Source: the human T2T-CHM13v2.0 reference genome, Homo sapiens
Direction: 5' to 3' (one strand)
Assembly (NCBI RefSeq): GCF_009914755.1
Contig: NC_060934.1
DNA: 64,000 bases
The first letter of the stretch is position 1; every line of letters starts with the position of its first letter. Of this stretch, positions 50,870 through 64,000 are shown in pieces. Made by a program: the position numbers and the translations under genes. The notes under the pieces were generated by a model that was not told the DNA's origin, made no database searches, and saw nothing but the letters and a program-made list of their open reading frames with translations.

Positions 50870-53800
50870 CTGTAAGGTTTCCTTTGAAGAAACATAAAAA
50901 AAAAAAAAAAAAAAGAAAACATAAAATATACTTGGGTAATTTATTATTATATCTTTTATTATTATATTTTAAAATTGATATTTGGCGGGGATGGCAGATG
51001 GCTTGCTTTTCAAAGTACACCCCAAAGTTGTAAGAATAGCAACCCCAGTCAGGCCCCAAGGAAGGGCTAGTGTGGGGGACCCTGTCCCAACTCCCCACAC
51101 ATCCGGGCATCACAGTGCAGTTTCCAGAAACAGCAGTGGGTGGCAGAAGACGCTACTGCAGTGAGGCAGAACTGCCCATTAGAAACAAGGAACACATTGG
51201 GCCTCTAGTATCTTCAGGTGAATGCAGGAAAAAATGGACTTTGAGAATCAGAAGAAGAAAAAAAATTCCTTAAATGATAAAAAAAAAAAAGCATCGGAAA
51301 ACATAGAAGAGTAAAAAAGAAAAGATATAAGAAGGTTACAAGGAAATTTAAGCCACAAAATCAATGCTACTATTTTCTGTGTTCTAGTTAAATGATTTCA
51401 ATTTACATTTTATTTGAGTATCTTTCTGTATTTCCTTAGGATTAATTCTATGAATTTCTTGCTAAAAACAATTCATTCACTTCTTTGGTGTCCTTTTATG
51501 CTCAATAATAAAAGCAGTTTGAGTTATGGATTTTCCTCTGTGTACAGTTTTCTCAAAATTATATTTTGTAGCTTGATTTACATTTTGAACAAGAGTGATT
51601 TTGAAGAAAATTTTAACATTTCTATGCAGTTTTGTTTAGGTGAGAGGTGGTTTGTTTTTAATTTCTAGTTTAATTGCAAATAAATGATTAATATTTGGAA
51701 TTTATTGAAGTTTTTTTTGCAGCACAGTTGATTATACAATGTCCTAGGGACCTGTCAAAAGAAAATGCCCTACAGGTTTACAGAACAAGATGAGACCATC
51801 CATTTCCCCCCCTACAAGGATACCAATTTAACAACTATCTTCACAGTAAAAACACCTTCATAAGAACTAGAAATCAGGTGAGCTCTCATAGTACCTGGTT
51901 TTAACTCCATATTGCTGAAAGAGGCACTACAGAGAGAGAAGACAGTCTTGAATTGCCAACGCCACCCCTCCTACACCCCTTCAGCAGTGCGGAGAGCATC
52001 TCTGGGCACTGGGGGAGGGAGAACACAACAATTGTGAGGCATTGAACTCAGTGCTGTCCTGTTAGAGCAGAAAGAAAAACCAGACCCAACTCAGGTGATA
52101 CTCTCCCACAGAGGCAATATTTAAACCGGCCCTAGCCAGAGGGGAATCGCCAATCCCAGAGGGCAGAACTTGAGTTCCTGAAACCTCACCACCGAGGGCT
52201 AAAGTTCTCTGTGCTCTAAATAAACGTAAAAGGCAGTCTAGGCCATAAGGACTGCAAATCATGGGTGAGTCCTAGTGCTCAACTGGGCCCAGAGACAGTA
52301 GACTGGGAGGGCACGTGACATATTGAGACACCAGTTGGGGCAGCTCAGGCATCATCCCTCCTCTAAGCCCAGGTTGCATGGCTCCAAAAGAAACCCTTTC
52401 CTTCTGCTAGAGGAGAAGAGAAGGAAGAGTAGGGAGGACTTTGTCTTGCATCTTGGATACCAGCTCAGCCACAGCAGGATAGTGCACCAGTCAGTGTTTT
52501 GAGGTCCCCTTTCCGGGCCCTAGCTCCCAGATGACATTTCTAGACACACCCTGGGCCAGAAAGGAACCCGCTGCCTTGAAGTGAGGGACCCAGACCTGGA
52601 AACATTCATCACCTGCTAACTGAAGAGCCCTTGGTTCCTCAATAACCAGCAGCAATACCCAGGTACTACATCTAGGGCCTTGCTCAAGCCTCGAACTGGC
52701 TGGCTTCAGGTGAGACTCAGCATGTTACCAGCTTTGGTGGCTATGGGGCAAAACTCCTTCTGCTTGAGAAAAGCAGAGAGGAAAAATAAAGGGGACTTTG
52801 TCTTGCACCTGAGGTACCAGTACGGCCACAGGGGAGTATAGCCCCACGTGGGTTCTTGGGGTCTCTGATTCCAGGACTTGACTCTGGGATGACATCTCGG
52901 GACCTTCTCTGGGCCAGAAAATAACCCACTGCCTTGAAGAGTGAGTCTCAGGCTAGGCAGCATTCACCACAAGCTGACTTAAGAGCCCTTGGGCCTTAAG
53001 GGAACATTGGTGGTAGTCTGGCAGTACTTCTTGTGGCCTGTGGTGACAGTGGCTCTGGAGTGAGGCTTCTTTGCCTTTGAAAAGGGGAAGGAAGAGTGGG
53101 AAGGACTGCGTATTGTGGTGTAAGTGCCAGCTTAGCGGCAGTAAAATAGAACACAAGGTAGACTTGTAAGGTTTTTGACCATAGTCCCTGATTCTCAGAT
53201 GGCACCTCTGGACCCACCTGGGGCCTAGGAGAACTCTCCACCCTGAAGGAAGGACACAGGCTGGGTGGCTTTGCTGCCTGCTGACTGCAGAGCCCCAAGG
53301 CCTTGAGCAAACATAGGCAATAGCCAGGGAGTGATTACAGTTACAGCAGGCCTTGGGAAAAACCCAGTGCTGTGCCAGCTTTAGGTCTGACCCAGTGTAG
53401 TCATAGTGATGGTGGCCACAGAGGTTCTTTTGTCACTCTACCCCCAGCTTTAGGTGGCTCAGTATAGAGGGAGAGAGAGACTCCATTTGTCTGGGAGAGA
53501 GTAAGGAAAGAGAACAAGAGTCTCTGCCTGGTAATCCAGAGAATTCTCCCAGATCTTGTCCAAAACCATCAAGAGGGTACCTCTGTGAGTCTGCAAAAGC
53601 CATAGCATTGCTGGGCTTGGGGTACCCCCTAAAGCAGATACAGCTTAGACACTCAAGTTTTCACAACACTCAAGTCTTTTCAAATATCCAGAAAGCCCAA
53701 GAAGGACAGATACAAAAATAAGCCCAGACAGTGAAGACTAAAATAAATACCTAACTCTTCAATATCCAGACACTGAAGAACGTCTACTAGCATCAACAGC

Positions 53801-54603
53801 GTTTAGGAAAACATGACCTTACCAAATGAACTAACTAAGCCACCAGGCATCAATCCTGGAGAAACAGAGATATATGACCTCTTAGACAGAGATTTCAAAA
53901 TAGCTTTATTGAAGAAACTCTAAGTAAATCAAGATAACGCAGGGAAGGAATTCAGAACTCTATAAGATAAATTTAACAAAAAGATTGAAATAATTAAGAA
54001 TCAAGAAGAAATTCTAGATTTGAAAAATGCAATTTACATACTGAAGAATGCATCGGAGTTCTTTAATAGCATGATTGATCAAGCAGAAGAAAGAATTAGT
54101 GAGCTTGAAGACAGGCTATTTGAAAATACACAGAGGAGACAAAGGAAAAAGAATGAAAAACAATAAAGCACATCTACAGGATCTGGAAAATAGCCTCAAA
54201 AGGGCCAATCTAAGAGTTATTGGCCTTAAAATGAGGTAGAGAAGGAGCTAGGAGTTGAAATTTTATTTAAAGGGATAATAACAGAGCATTTCCCAAACCT
54301 AGAGAAAGATATCAATATACAAGCACAAGAAGATTATAGAAGACCAAGCAGATTTAACCCAAAGAAGACTACTTCAAGACATGTAAAAATCAAACTCCCA
54401 AATATCAAGAATAACCAAAGGATACTAAAATTAGCAAGAGAAAAGAAACAAATATTATAAAATGGAGCTCCTATACATCTGGCTTCAGACTTTTCAGTGG
54501 AAACCTTACAGGCCAAAAGAGAGTGGCATGACATATTTAAAGTGCTGAATGAAAAGATGTTTTATCCTAGAGCAGTATATCCAGTAAAAATACTCTTCAA
54601 ACA

Positions 54604-55036
<433 letters not shown>

Positions 55037-55466
55037 TCAATCAGAAAGAAAAGGACATTAATGAGCAATAAGTAATTACCTGAAGGTGGAAAACTACTGA
55101 ATAGTAAGCACACAGAATATTTAGCCATCTCACCTCAGTTAAAATGGTTTATATTCAAAAGACAGGCAATAACAAATGCTGGAGAGCATGTGGAGAAAAG
55201 GAAACTCTTGTACACTGTTGGTGGGAATGTAAATTAGTACAACCATCTTGGAGAACAGTTTGGAGGTTCCTCAAATAGCTAAAAATAGAGCTACCATATG
55301 ATCCAGGAATCCCACTGCTGGCTATACACCCTAAAGAAAGGAAATCAGTATATTGAAGAGATATTTGCACTCCCATATTTGTTGTAGCATTATTCATAAT
55401 AGCCAAGATTTGGAAGCAAACTAAAGTGTCCATCAACAGACACAGGGATAAAGAAAATGTGGTACA

Positions 55467-56824
55467 CACAAAACAGATATATAGACCAATGGAACAGAAC
55501 AGAGGCCTCAGAAATAACACCACACATCTACAACCATCTGATCTTTGACAAACCTGACAAAAACAAGAAATGGGGAAAGGATTCTCTATATAATAAATGG
55601 TGCTGGGAAAACTGGCTAGCCATACGTAGAAAGCTGAAACTGGATGCCTTCCTTACACCTTATACAAAAATTAATTCAAGATGGATTAAAGACTTAAATG
55701 TTAGACCCAAAACCATAAAAACCCCAGAAGAAAACCTAGGCAATACCATTCAGGACATAGGCATGGGCAACGACTTCATGACTAAAACACCAAAAGCAAT
55801 GATAACAAAAGCCAAAATAGACAAATGGGATCTAATTAGACTAAAGAGCTTCTGCACAGCAAAAGAAACTAACATCAGAGTGAACAGGCAACCTACAGAA
55901 TGGGAGAAAATTTTTGCCATCTACCCATCTGACAAAGGGCTAATATCCAGAATCTACAAAGAACTAAAGAAATTTACAAGAAAAAAACAACCCCATCAAA
56001 AAGTGGGCAAAGGATATGAACAGACACTTCTCAAAAGAAGACATCTATGCAGCCAACAGACACAAGAAAAAATGCTCATCATCACTGGTCATCAGATTAA
56101 TGCAAATCAAAACCACAATGAGATACCATCTCATGCCAGTTAGAATGGCAATCATTAAAAAGCCAGGAAACAACAGATGCTGGAGAGGATGTGGAGAAAT
56201 AGGAACACTTTTACACTGCTGGTGGGAGTGTAAATTAGTTCAACCATTGTGGAAGACAGTACGGTGATTCCTCAAGGATCTAGAACTAGAAATACCATTT
56301 GACCCAGCCATCCCATTACTGGGTATATACCCAAAGGATTATAAATCATGCTACTATAAAGACACATGCACACGTATGTTTATTGCAGCAATATTCACAA
56401 TAGCAAAGACTTGGAACAAACCCAAATGTCCATGAATGATCGACTGGAGTAAGAAAATGTGGCAAATATACACAATGGAATACTATGCAGCCAGAAAAAA
56501 GGATGAGTTCATGTCCTTTGCAGGGGCATGGATGAAGCTGGAAACCATCATTCTCAGCAAGCTATCACAAGGACAGAAAACCAAACACTGCATGTTCTCA
56601 CTCATAGGTGGGAACTGAACAATGAGATCACTTGGACACAGGGCGGGGAACATCACACACTGGGGACTGTCGTAGGGCTGGGGGCTGGGGGAGGGATAGC
56701 ACTAGGAGAAATACCTAATGTGAATGACGAGTTGATGGGTGCAGCAAACCCACATGGCACATGTATATCTGTGTATCAAACCTGTACATTGTGCACATGT
56801 ACCCTAGAACTTAAGATATAATAA
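55467..56824 (+). mobile_element. 5'-truncated L1PA (PA6/7-like) nested in L1MA
   Basis: 228-aa ORF2p C-terminal ORF 55457-56143; TSD AAAGAAAATGT(GG/CA)TACA. Confidence 0.9.
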
Positions 56825-57417
56825 AAAGAAAATGTCATACATATACACAATACAGTACTATTCAGCCATAGGAATGAGATCCTGTTATTTGCAACAACAT
56901 GTATAGAACTGGAGATCGTTATGTTAAGTGAAATAAGCCAGGCACAGAAAAACAAATATTGCATGTTCTTACTTACTTGTGGGATAGAAAAATCAAAGCA
57001 ATTGAACTCGTGAACATGGTAAAAGCATGGTTACCACAGTCTGGGAAAGGTAATGGGAGACTGGGCCAGGACAGAGGTGGGAATGGTTAATGAGTACAAA
57101 AAAATAGTTAGAAAGAATGAACACAACCTGTTAGATCCATTTGGTCTATAATGCAGATTAAGTGAGTGACTATAGCCAGTAGGGTGACTATAGTCAATAA
57201 TAACAATTGTACCTTTAAAAATAACTAAAAGAGTGTAAGTGAATTGTTTGTAATAAAAGGGTAAATGCCTGAGGGAATGGATACCCCATTCTTTATGATG
57301 TAATTATTTCGCATTGCATACCTGTATCAAAATAACTCATGTGTTCTATAAATATATACACTTACTTGGCACCCACAAAAATTAAAAATAAAAATATTTA
57401 AGAAAAGAAATGCTCTA

Positions 57418-57750
57418 TAGTCATGTACTGCATAAAAACATGTTGATCAATGGATTGCATATGTTGCAGAAGACCCATAAAAGCATAATACTGAATTTTT
57501 GTTGTATCTTTTCCATGTTAGAGGTATAAATACTTACCATTGTGTTACAATTGCCTACTGTATTCAGTACAGTAACATGCTATCTAGGTTTGTAGCCTAG
57601 GAGCAACATGCTATCCCATATAGCCTAGGTGTGTAGTAGGCTATACCATCTAGGTTTGTTTAAGTACACTCTATGATGTTTGTGCATATAATTGCCTAAT
57701 GATGCATTTCTAAGAATGTTTCCCTATCATTAGCTGACAACACGTGACTG
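57418..57750 (+). mobile_element. Tigger3a (MER7A) MITE
   Basis: AGTCATG...GGTTTGTAGCCTAGGAGCAA...CACGTGACTG. Confidence 0.8.
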
Positions 57751-57800
57751 TGTGTGTGTATATATATGTATATACAATATACACATGCAACATATATATG

Positions 57801-58386
57801 CAGTACGCCCTCCTTATCTGTGAAGGATCTGTTCTAAGACACCTAGTGGATGCCTAAAACTTTAGGTGGTACTGAATCCTACATACACTTTTTAAACCTA
57901 TACCATATCTACCTATAATAGAGTTAAAATTTTAAATTAGACACAGTAAGAAATTAACAACAATTAAAATGAAATATAATGATTATAAAATATAATGTAA
58001 TAAAATTACATGAATGTGGTCTCTCTCTCACACACACAAAAGATCCAATTGTACTATGCCTTTCCCTTCTTTTTATGATGTGAGAAAATATGCTGCCTAC
58101 ATGATGAGGTGAAGTGAGGTGAATGATGTCGACATTATGAGGGAGCATTCGGTTACTATTGAACTTAAACACAAGTATTTCAATACCACCACAGTCAATC
58201 TGATAGCTGAGAGGGTTAAGTAACTAATTGACAGGAAACAACTACAGCATGGATAGGCTGAGTAAAAGGGACAACTCATATCTCAGGCATGACAGAATTT
58301 TTTCATTTAATGTTTTTGTACTTGGTTGACCACAGGTATCTAAAACGATGACAAACAAAACTGTAGATAAGGGGGGGGGACTACTG
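57801..58386 (+). mobile_element. MER44 (Tigger7-family) element
   Basis: TIRs CAGTACGCCCTCCTTATCTG and GATAAGGGGGGGGGACTACTG+TA. Confidence 0.8.
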
Positions 58387-58585
58387 TATATGATATATAT
58401 CTGTATATATAATTTTTATTTAAATTTTGTAGTTATTTAATGAAATCCATATTCTTATTTATTTTTTTCTCTCTTCTCTCAAAAGCTGAGATAATATATA
58501 ATGTTTCCTACAACGATGGTAATTTTGCCAATTTCTGTTTCTATTTCTTACAAAGATTGTTTTATCTATTTGAAATACAGCAAGA

Positions 58586-61500
58586 TTTTTTTTTTTCCAA
58601 AATGGCAGATAAGGGGCTTTTTGGTGCCTCAGTCATTTGGAAATAATGATATAATGTATAAAGGTCAATGCTGTGAGCTTTAATGCAAGAAGGAAAATGG
58701 GAATCCACTGGAATTGTGAAGGACACACCAGGTCCTGGGGAGGAGAATATGGGCAAAGAGCCCCTGTGATGGCATCCAGCTGATAAAAGTGAGTGAAGCT
58801 CCAGTATGCAAAAGAGGCAGAGAGCTTCCCTCTGTGATTCATCTTTCCCCTGGGGATCCAAGCAATCCAGGCTAAGGGAGAGCACTTTGTTTCTCCGAAG
58901 CTGTGGAGCTAACTTGGAGAGAGCCTTAGAAATGCTGTGAAAGAGAAACACTGGGAAAAGCTGCGGGCATTTCCCCAGACCTGGGATGCTGAGCAGGATG
59001 CCATTTTTAATCCAGGAGCATACAAAGTTAGTCATTCTCTGGTGACCTGGCAGCATGGCTGTGTAGTCAGTTTTGGGCCAGAGATTGGAGCACTTGCTCT
59101 AGAGTGGGGCAGATCTCGTGAGACCCATTCACTATCACAAGAACAGCACAGGAAAGACCCGTCCCCATGATTCAGCCAGAACTGTGGAAAATGCCTTAGC
59201 AGTAGGCACTGGAATTGTGCTATTCCCTGTTGCGGGCCTACGGCAGGAGAAAAGTTACTACAGCAGCAGTTTCTCCTGGATGATGAGACTGGTAGCCAGG
59301 ACCAGCTTGATGACTTGGAATAGGTCTGCATTAGTCATTCTGGGTAGCCCAGCCTGCTCCCCTGAGACTGTGGTGCAGCAAGGTCCTCTCTGCTCCACCT
59401 CCAGGCAGAATTTGAGGTATTCAGAGCATTCAATTTTCTGGACCAGCAGCCTGGGCATCCCCACTCTTCATGGACATAGATAATGGTGCAGTGGGGCCTT
59501 TTCATCTCTACCCGCAGGCAGAAATCCAGACATTTGGAACACCCAATTGTCTGGACCAGCAGCCTGACCCTCCCCACTCTTCCTCTGCATAGATTGTGGT
59601 ACAGCATGGCACTGTCTACTGATTGTAGGTCAAATTTCATAGCCCAATATAAAACCTTCCAACAAACATGTATAGGGGTACAGAAACAAACCCAAAAGAC
59701 CCTACTCAGCATTCTCTGTAGGTACACTACATAGGGAGAAAGGGAAATGGAAAGAAGGAAACAATAATATAAGGAAAGAGAGAAAGGGAAAAAAATCCTA
59801 CCTGCATGAAAATAATTACAAAAATTGAAAGTGTTAACATCTCCAGATGAGACAGAACCAGAGTAAGAATTCTGGCAACATGAAAAATCTAAAGTAGTAC
59901 CACCACCAAAGGATAACACAAGCTCTCCAGCAATGGTCCCTCATGAAAATAGAAACTCAGAAATGAAAGATGAAGAATTCAAAACATGAATGGTGTATTA
60001 GTCCATTTTCATGCTGCTGATGGAGACATACCCAAGACTGGGCAATTTACAAAAGAAAGAAGTTTAATGGACTTATAGTTCCACATGGCTCAGGAGGCCT
60101 CACAATCATGGCATAAGGCAAGGAGAAGTAAGTCACATCTTATGTGGATGATGGCAGGCAAAGAGAGAGCTTGTGCAGAGAACCTCCCATTTGTAAAACC
60201 ATCAGATCTTGTGAGACCCATTCACTATCACGAGACTAGCACAGGAAAGACTCATCCCCATGATTCAGTCATCTCCCACTGGGTCCCTCCCACAACACGT
60301 GGAAATTATGAGAGCTAAAGGTGAGATTTGGGTGGGGACACAGGGCTAAACCATATCATCGGCCTCTGGCCCATCCAAATCTCATATCTTCACATTTCAA
60401 AACCAATCATGCCTTCCCAACAGTCCCCTAAAGTCTCAACTCATTTCAGCATTAACTGAAAAGTCCACAGTCCAAAGTCTCATCTGAGACAAGGCAAGTC
60501 CCTTCCACCTACAAGCCTGTAAAATCACAAGCAAGTTAGTTACTTTCTAGATACAATGTGGGTACATGCATTGGGTAAATACACCCATTCCAAATAGGAG
60601 AAATTGGCCAAAACAAAGGGGCTACAGGCCCCATGCAAGTCCAAAATCCAATGGGGCAGTCAAATCTTAAAGCTCCTAAATGATGTTCCGTGACTCCATG
60701 TCTAACATCCAGGTCATGCTGATGCAAGAGGTAGGTTCCTATAGTCTTGGGCAGCTCCACCCCTGTGGCTTTGCAGGGTACAGCCTCCCTCTCAGCTGCT
60801 TTCAGGGGCTGGTGTTGGCTTTTCCGGGCACATGGTGCAAGCTGTCAGTAGATCTACCATTCTGGCGTCTGGAGGACAGTGGCCCTCTTCTCACAACTCC
60901 ACTAGGCAGTGCCCCAGTAGGGACTCTGTGTGGGGACTCCCAACCCTCATTTCCCTTCTGCACTGCCGTAGCAGAGGTTCTCCATGAGGACCCTGCCCCT
61001 ATAGCAAACTTCTGCCTGGGCATCCAGACATTTCCATACATCTTCTGAAATGTAGGTGGAGGTTCCCAAACCTCAATTCTTGACTTCTGTACACTCACAG
61101 GCTCAATACCACATGGAAGATGGCAAGGCTTGAGGGTTGCACCCTCTGAAGCCATGGCTTGAGCTCTACAATGGCCTCTTTCAGCCACAGCTGGAGCAGC
61201 TGGGACACAGGGCACCAAGTCCCTAGGCTGCACACAGCATGGGGACCCTGGGCCTGGCCCATAAAACCGCTTGTTTCTCCTAGGCCTCTGGGCCTGTGAT
61301 GGAAGGGGCTTACACAAAGGTCTCTGACATGCCCTGGAGACATTTTCCCCATTGTCTTGGTGATTAATATTCAGTTCCTCTTTAGTTTCTGCAGCTGGAT
61401 TGAATATTTCCTCAAAAAATGGGATTTTCTTTTCTATTGCATTCTCAGGCTGTGAATTTTCCAAATGTTAATGCACCTCTCAAATTTTTTTTATACTGTT

Positions 61501-63765
61501 TCCCTTTTGAAACTGAATGCCTTTAACAGCACAGAAGTCACCTCTTGAATGCTTTGCTGCTTAGAAATTTCTTCCACCAGATACCCTAAATCATCTCTCT
61601 CAAGTTCAAAGCTTCACAAATCTCTAGGGCAGAGGCAAAATGCCACCAGTCTCTTTGCTAAAACATAACAAGAGTCACCTTTGCTACAGTTCCCAAAAAG
61701 TTCCTCATCTCCACTTGAGACCACATCAGCCTGGACTTTATTGTCCATATTGCTATCAGGATTTTTTCTCAAAGCGATTCAACAAGTCTCTGGGAAGTTC
61801 CAAACTTTCCCACATTTTCCTGTCTTTTTCCAAGCCCTCCAAACTGTTCCAACCTCTGCCTGTTAGCCAGCTCCAAATCACTTCCACATTTTTGGGTATC
61901 TTTTCAGCAACACTCAACTCCTGGTACCAATATACTGTAGTAGTCCATTTTTATGCTGCTGATAAAGACATATGTGAGACTTGGCAATTTACAAAAGAAA
62001 GAGGTTTAATGGACTTACAGTTCCACATGGTTGGGAGGGCTCACAATCATGGCAGAAGGCAAGTAGAAGCAAGTCACATCTTATGTGGATGGTAGTAGGC
62101 AAAGAGAGAGCTTGTGCAGAGAAACTCCTGTTTTTAAAACCATCAGATTTTGTGAGACCCATTCACGGGAAAGACCCGCCCCCATGGTTCAATCATCTCT
62201 CACCAGGTCCCTCCCAAAACATGTGGGAATTATGGGATGAGATTTGGGTGGGGCTACAGATGAGATTTGGGTGGGGACACAGTGTCAAACCATATCAGAC
62301 TGCAAGTAGGTTTAATGAGATCTAAGACAAGGTTGGGAATCAGCACAAAGAAATTTCTAAAGCAATCCAGGAAATGAGGGAAGACAGAAACCTCACATAA
62401 AAATATTAACCTTTAGTGTAAATGGTCTACATGTCCCCACTTAATAGTCACTGCATGGCAAGTTAGATAAAAAAAATGAGACCCACCCATCTGCTGTCTT
62501 CATGAGACCCATCTCACATATAACAACACCTAGGTTCAAAGTAAAGGGTTAGAGCAGGCCTATCATGCAAATGGAACACATAAAAATGCAGGGTTTGCTA
62601 TTCTTGTGTCACATAAAACAGTCTTTAAGCCAACAACAGTGAAAAAAGACAAAGAAGGGCATTCTATAATAATAAAGCGTTCAGTTAAACAAAAAGGCTT
62701 AACTCTTCCAAATATATATGCACCCAACAATGAAGCACCCAGATTCATAAAACAATTACTACTAGAACTATGAAAAGACTTAGACAACCAGACAATAATA
62801 GTCAGGGACTTCAACACCCCACTGGCAGCATTGGACAGATCACAAGGGGAGAAAACTAAGAGAGAAATTCTGCATTTGAATGTGACACTTGATCAATTGG
62901 ATCTAATAGACATCTACTGAAGACTCCACCCATCAAACACAGAATATATATTCTTCTCATCTGTACATGGAATAAATTCCAAGATGGACTACGTGTTTGG
63001 TCGTAAAGGAAGTCGAAGTCCCAATAAATTTTAAAAAATTGAAATCATACCAACCATATTCTCAGATCACAGTAGAATATAAATAAATATATATATTAAT
63101 ACCAAGAAGATTTCTTGAAACCATACAATTACAGGGAAATTAAATTATTTGCTCTTGAATTACTTTTGGGTGAATAACAAAATTAAGGCAGAAATAAAAA
63201 ATTATTTGAAACGAAAACAGACACAAAACATACCAAAATATGTGGGATGCAGCAGTATTAAGAAGAAAGTTTATAGCACTAAATGCCTATTTCAAAAAGT
63301 CAGAAAGATCTCATATGAATGACCTAACCTCACACCTAGAGAAACTAGAAAAACAAAACAAACTAATACCAAAACTACTAGAAGAAAAAAAACCCCACTA
63401 ATATCAGAGTGAAACTTAAGCAAATTGAGACACCAAAATACATAGAAAGAATACATGAAACCAAAAGTGGGTTCTTTGAAAGGATAAAGAAGATCTAAGA
63501 GTGCTAGGTAGATTAACAAAGAAGAAAAGAGAGAAGATTCAAATAGCCAAATCTGAAATGAAAAAGGTGGCATTACAATTGATCCCACAGAAATACAAAA
63601 GATCACGAGAGATGCTTATGAACATCTTTATGCACACAACTAGAAAATCTAGAGGAAATGGATAAACTCCTCCTGGAAATAATCTCTCAAGATTGAAGCA
63701 GGAAGAAATGGAAACCCTGAACAGCCCAACATTGAGTTCCAAAATTAAATCAGTAATAAAATACC
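58586..63765 (+). mobile_element. L1PB/L1P4-like 5'UTR, partial ORF1 and ORF2 endonuclease region, split by THE1A
   Basis: TCCAAAATGGCAGATAAG start; ORF1 start ~59730; EN-domain sequence from 62390; most of ORF1 missing. Confidence 0.75.
59994..62297 (-). mobile_element. Complete THE1A MaLR (LTR 59994-60358, internal 60359-61935, LTR 61936-62297)
   Basis: Two direct ~360-bp LTRs TGTA(T/G)TAGTCC...CCATATCA with THE1A-type GAGACCCATTCAC; internal ORF 60802-61464 is a MaLR gag-like remnant. Confidence 0.9.
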
Positions 63766-64000
63766 TGGTCAGGCACAGTGGCTCATGCCTGTTACTCCAG
63801 CACTTTGGGAGGCTGAGGCAGGCAGATAACTTGAGCTCAGAAGTTTGAGACCAGCCTGGGCCATATGGCAAAACCCTGTCTCTGCAAAAAATACAAAAAT
63901 TAGCCAGGCCTGGTGGCATGGGTCTGTAGTCCCAGCTACTTGGGAGGCTGAGTTGGGAGGATTGCTAGAGCCTAGGAGGTTGAAGCTGCAATGAGCCATG
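63766..64000 (+). mobile_element. AluJ (runs off window end)
   Basis: J-type GGGAGGATTGCTAGAGCCTAGG. Confidence 0.85.

Noticed and set aside
50562-51113. 183-aa and 129-aa overlapping ORFs
   Set aside because: They cross MER20 and a poly-A run, with no recognisable protein features.
55457-56143. Longest ORF (228 aa)
   Set aside because: L1 ORF2p C-terminal fragment of a truncated L1PA, not a host gene.
58562-59919. 164-aa and 194-aa minus-strand ORFs
   Set aside because: Antisense to an L1 5'UTR; chance ORFs in GC-richer repeat sequence.
60802-61464. 220-aa minus-strand ORF
   Set aside because: Ordinary THE1 internal ORF remnant.

Overview
Human-type genomic DNA; an AluYa5 with all five diagnostic bases points to human. 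The window is AT-rich and dominated by nested transposable elements: L1s of several ages, Alus, MER41B/MER41A, THE1A, MaLR and ERVL LTRs, Tigger and hAT DNA transposons, L2 and MIR. I see no intact protein-coding gene, and the supplied ORFs are repeat-derived or chance. The main unexpected signal is a decayed minus-strand Ty3/gypsy (Sushi-ichi; MART/RTL/SIRH-like) gag reading frame at about 23705-28900. It only becomes readable after removing a 4.45 kb L1PB1 bounded by a perfect 14-bp TSD, and it shows an LDOC1-like N-terminal helix, PEG10-like capsid motifs and a remnant CCHC knuckle. Other notable items: a Tigger13a-ended element that still carries pogo transposase sequence, a Blackjack-type hAT transposase next to a MER53-like end, a MER41A inserted antisense inside a MER41B, three short local templated insertions, and a probable L1 3' transduction. 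Subfamily names and protein similarities come from recalled consensus sequences compared by eye, not from database searches.
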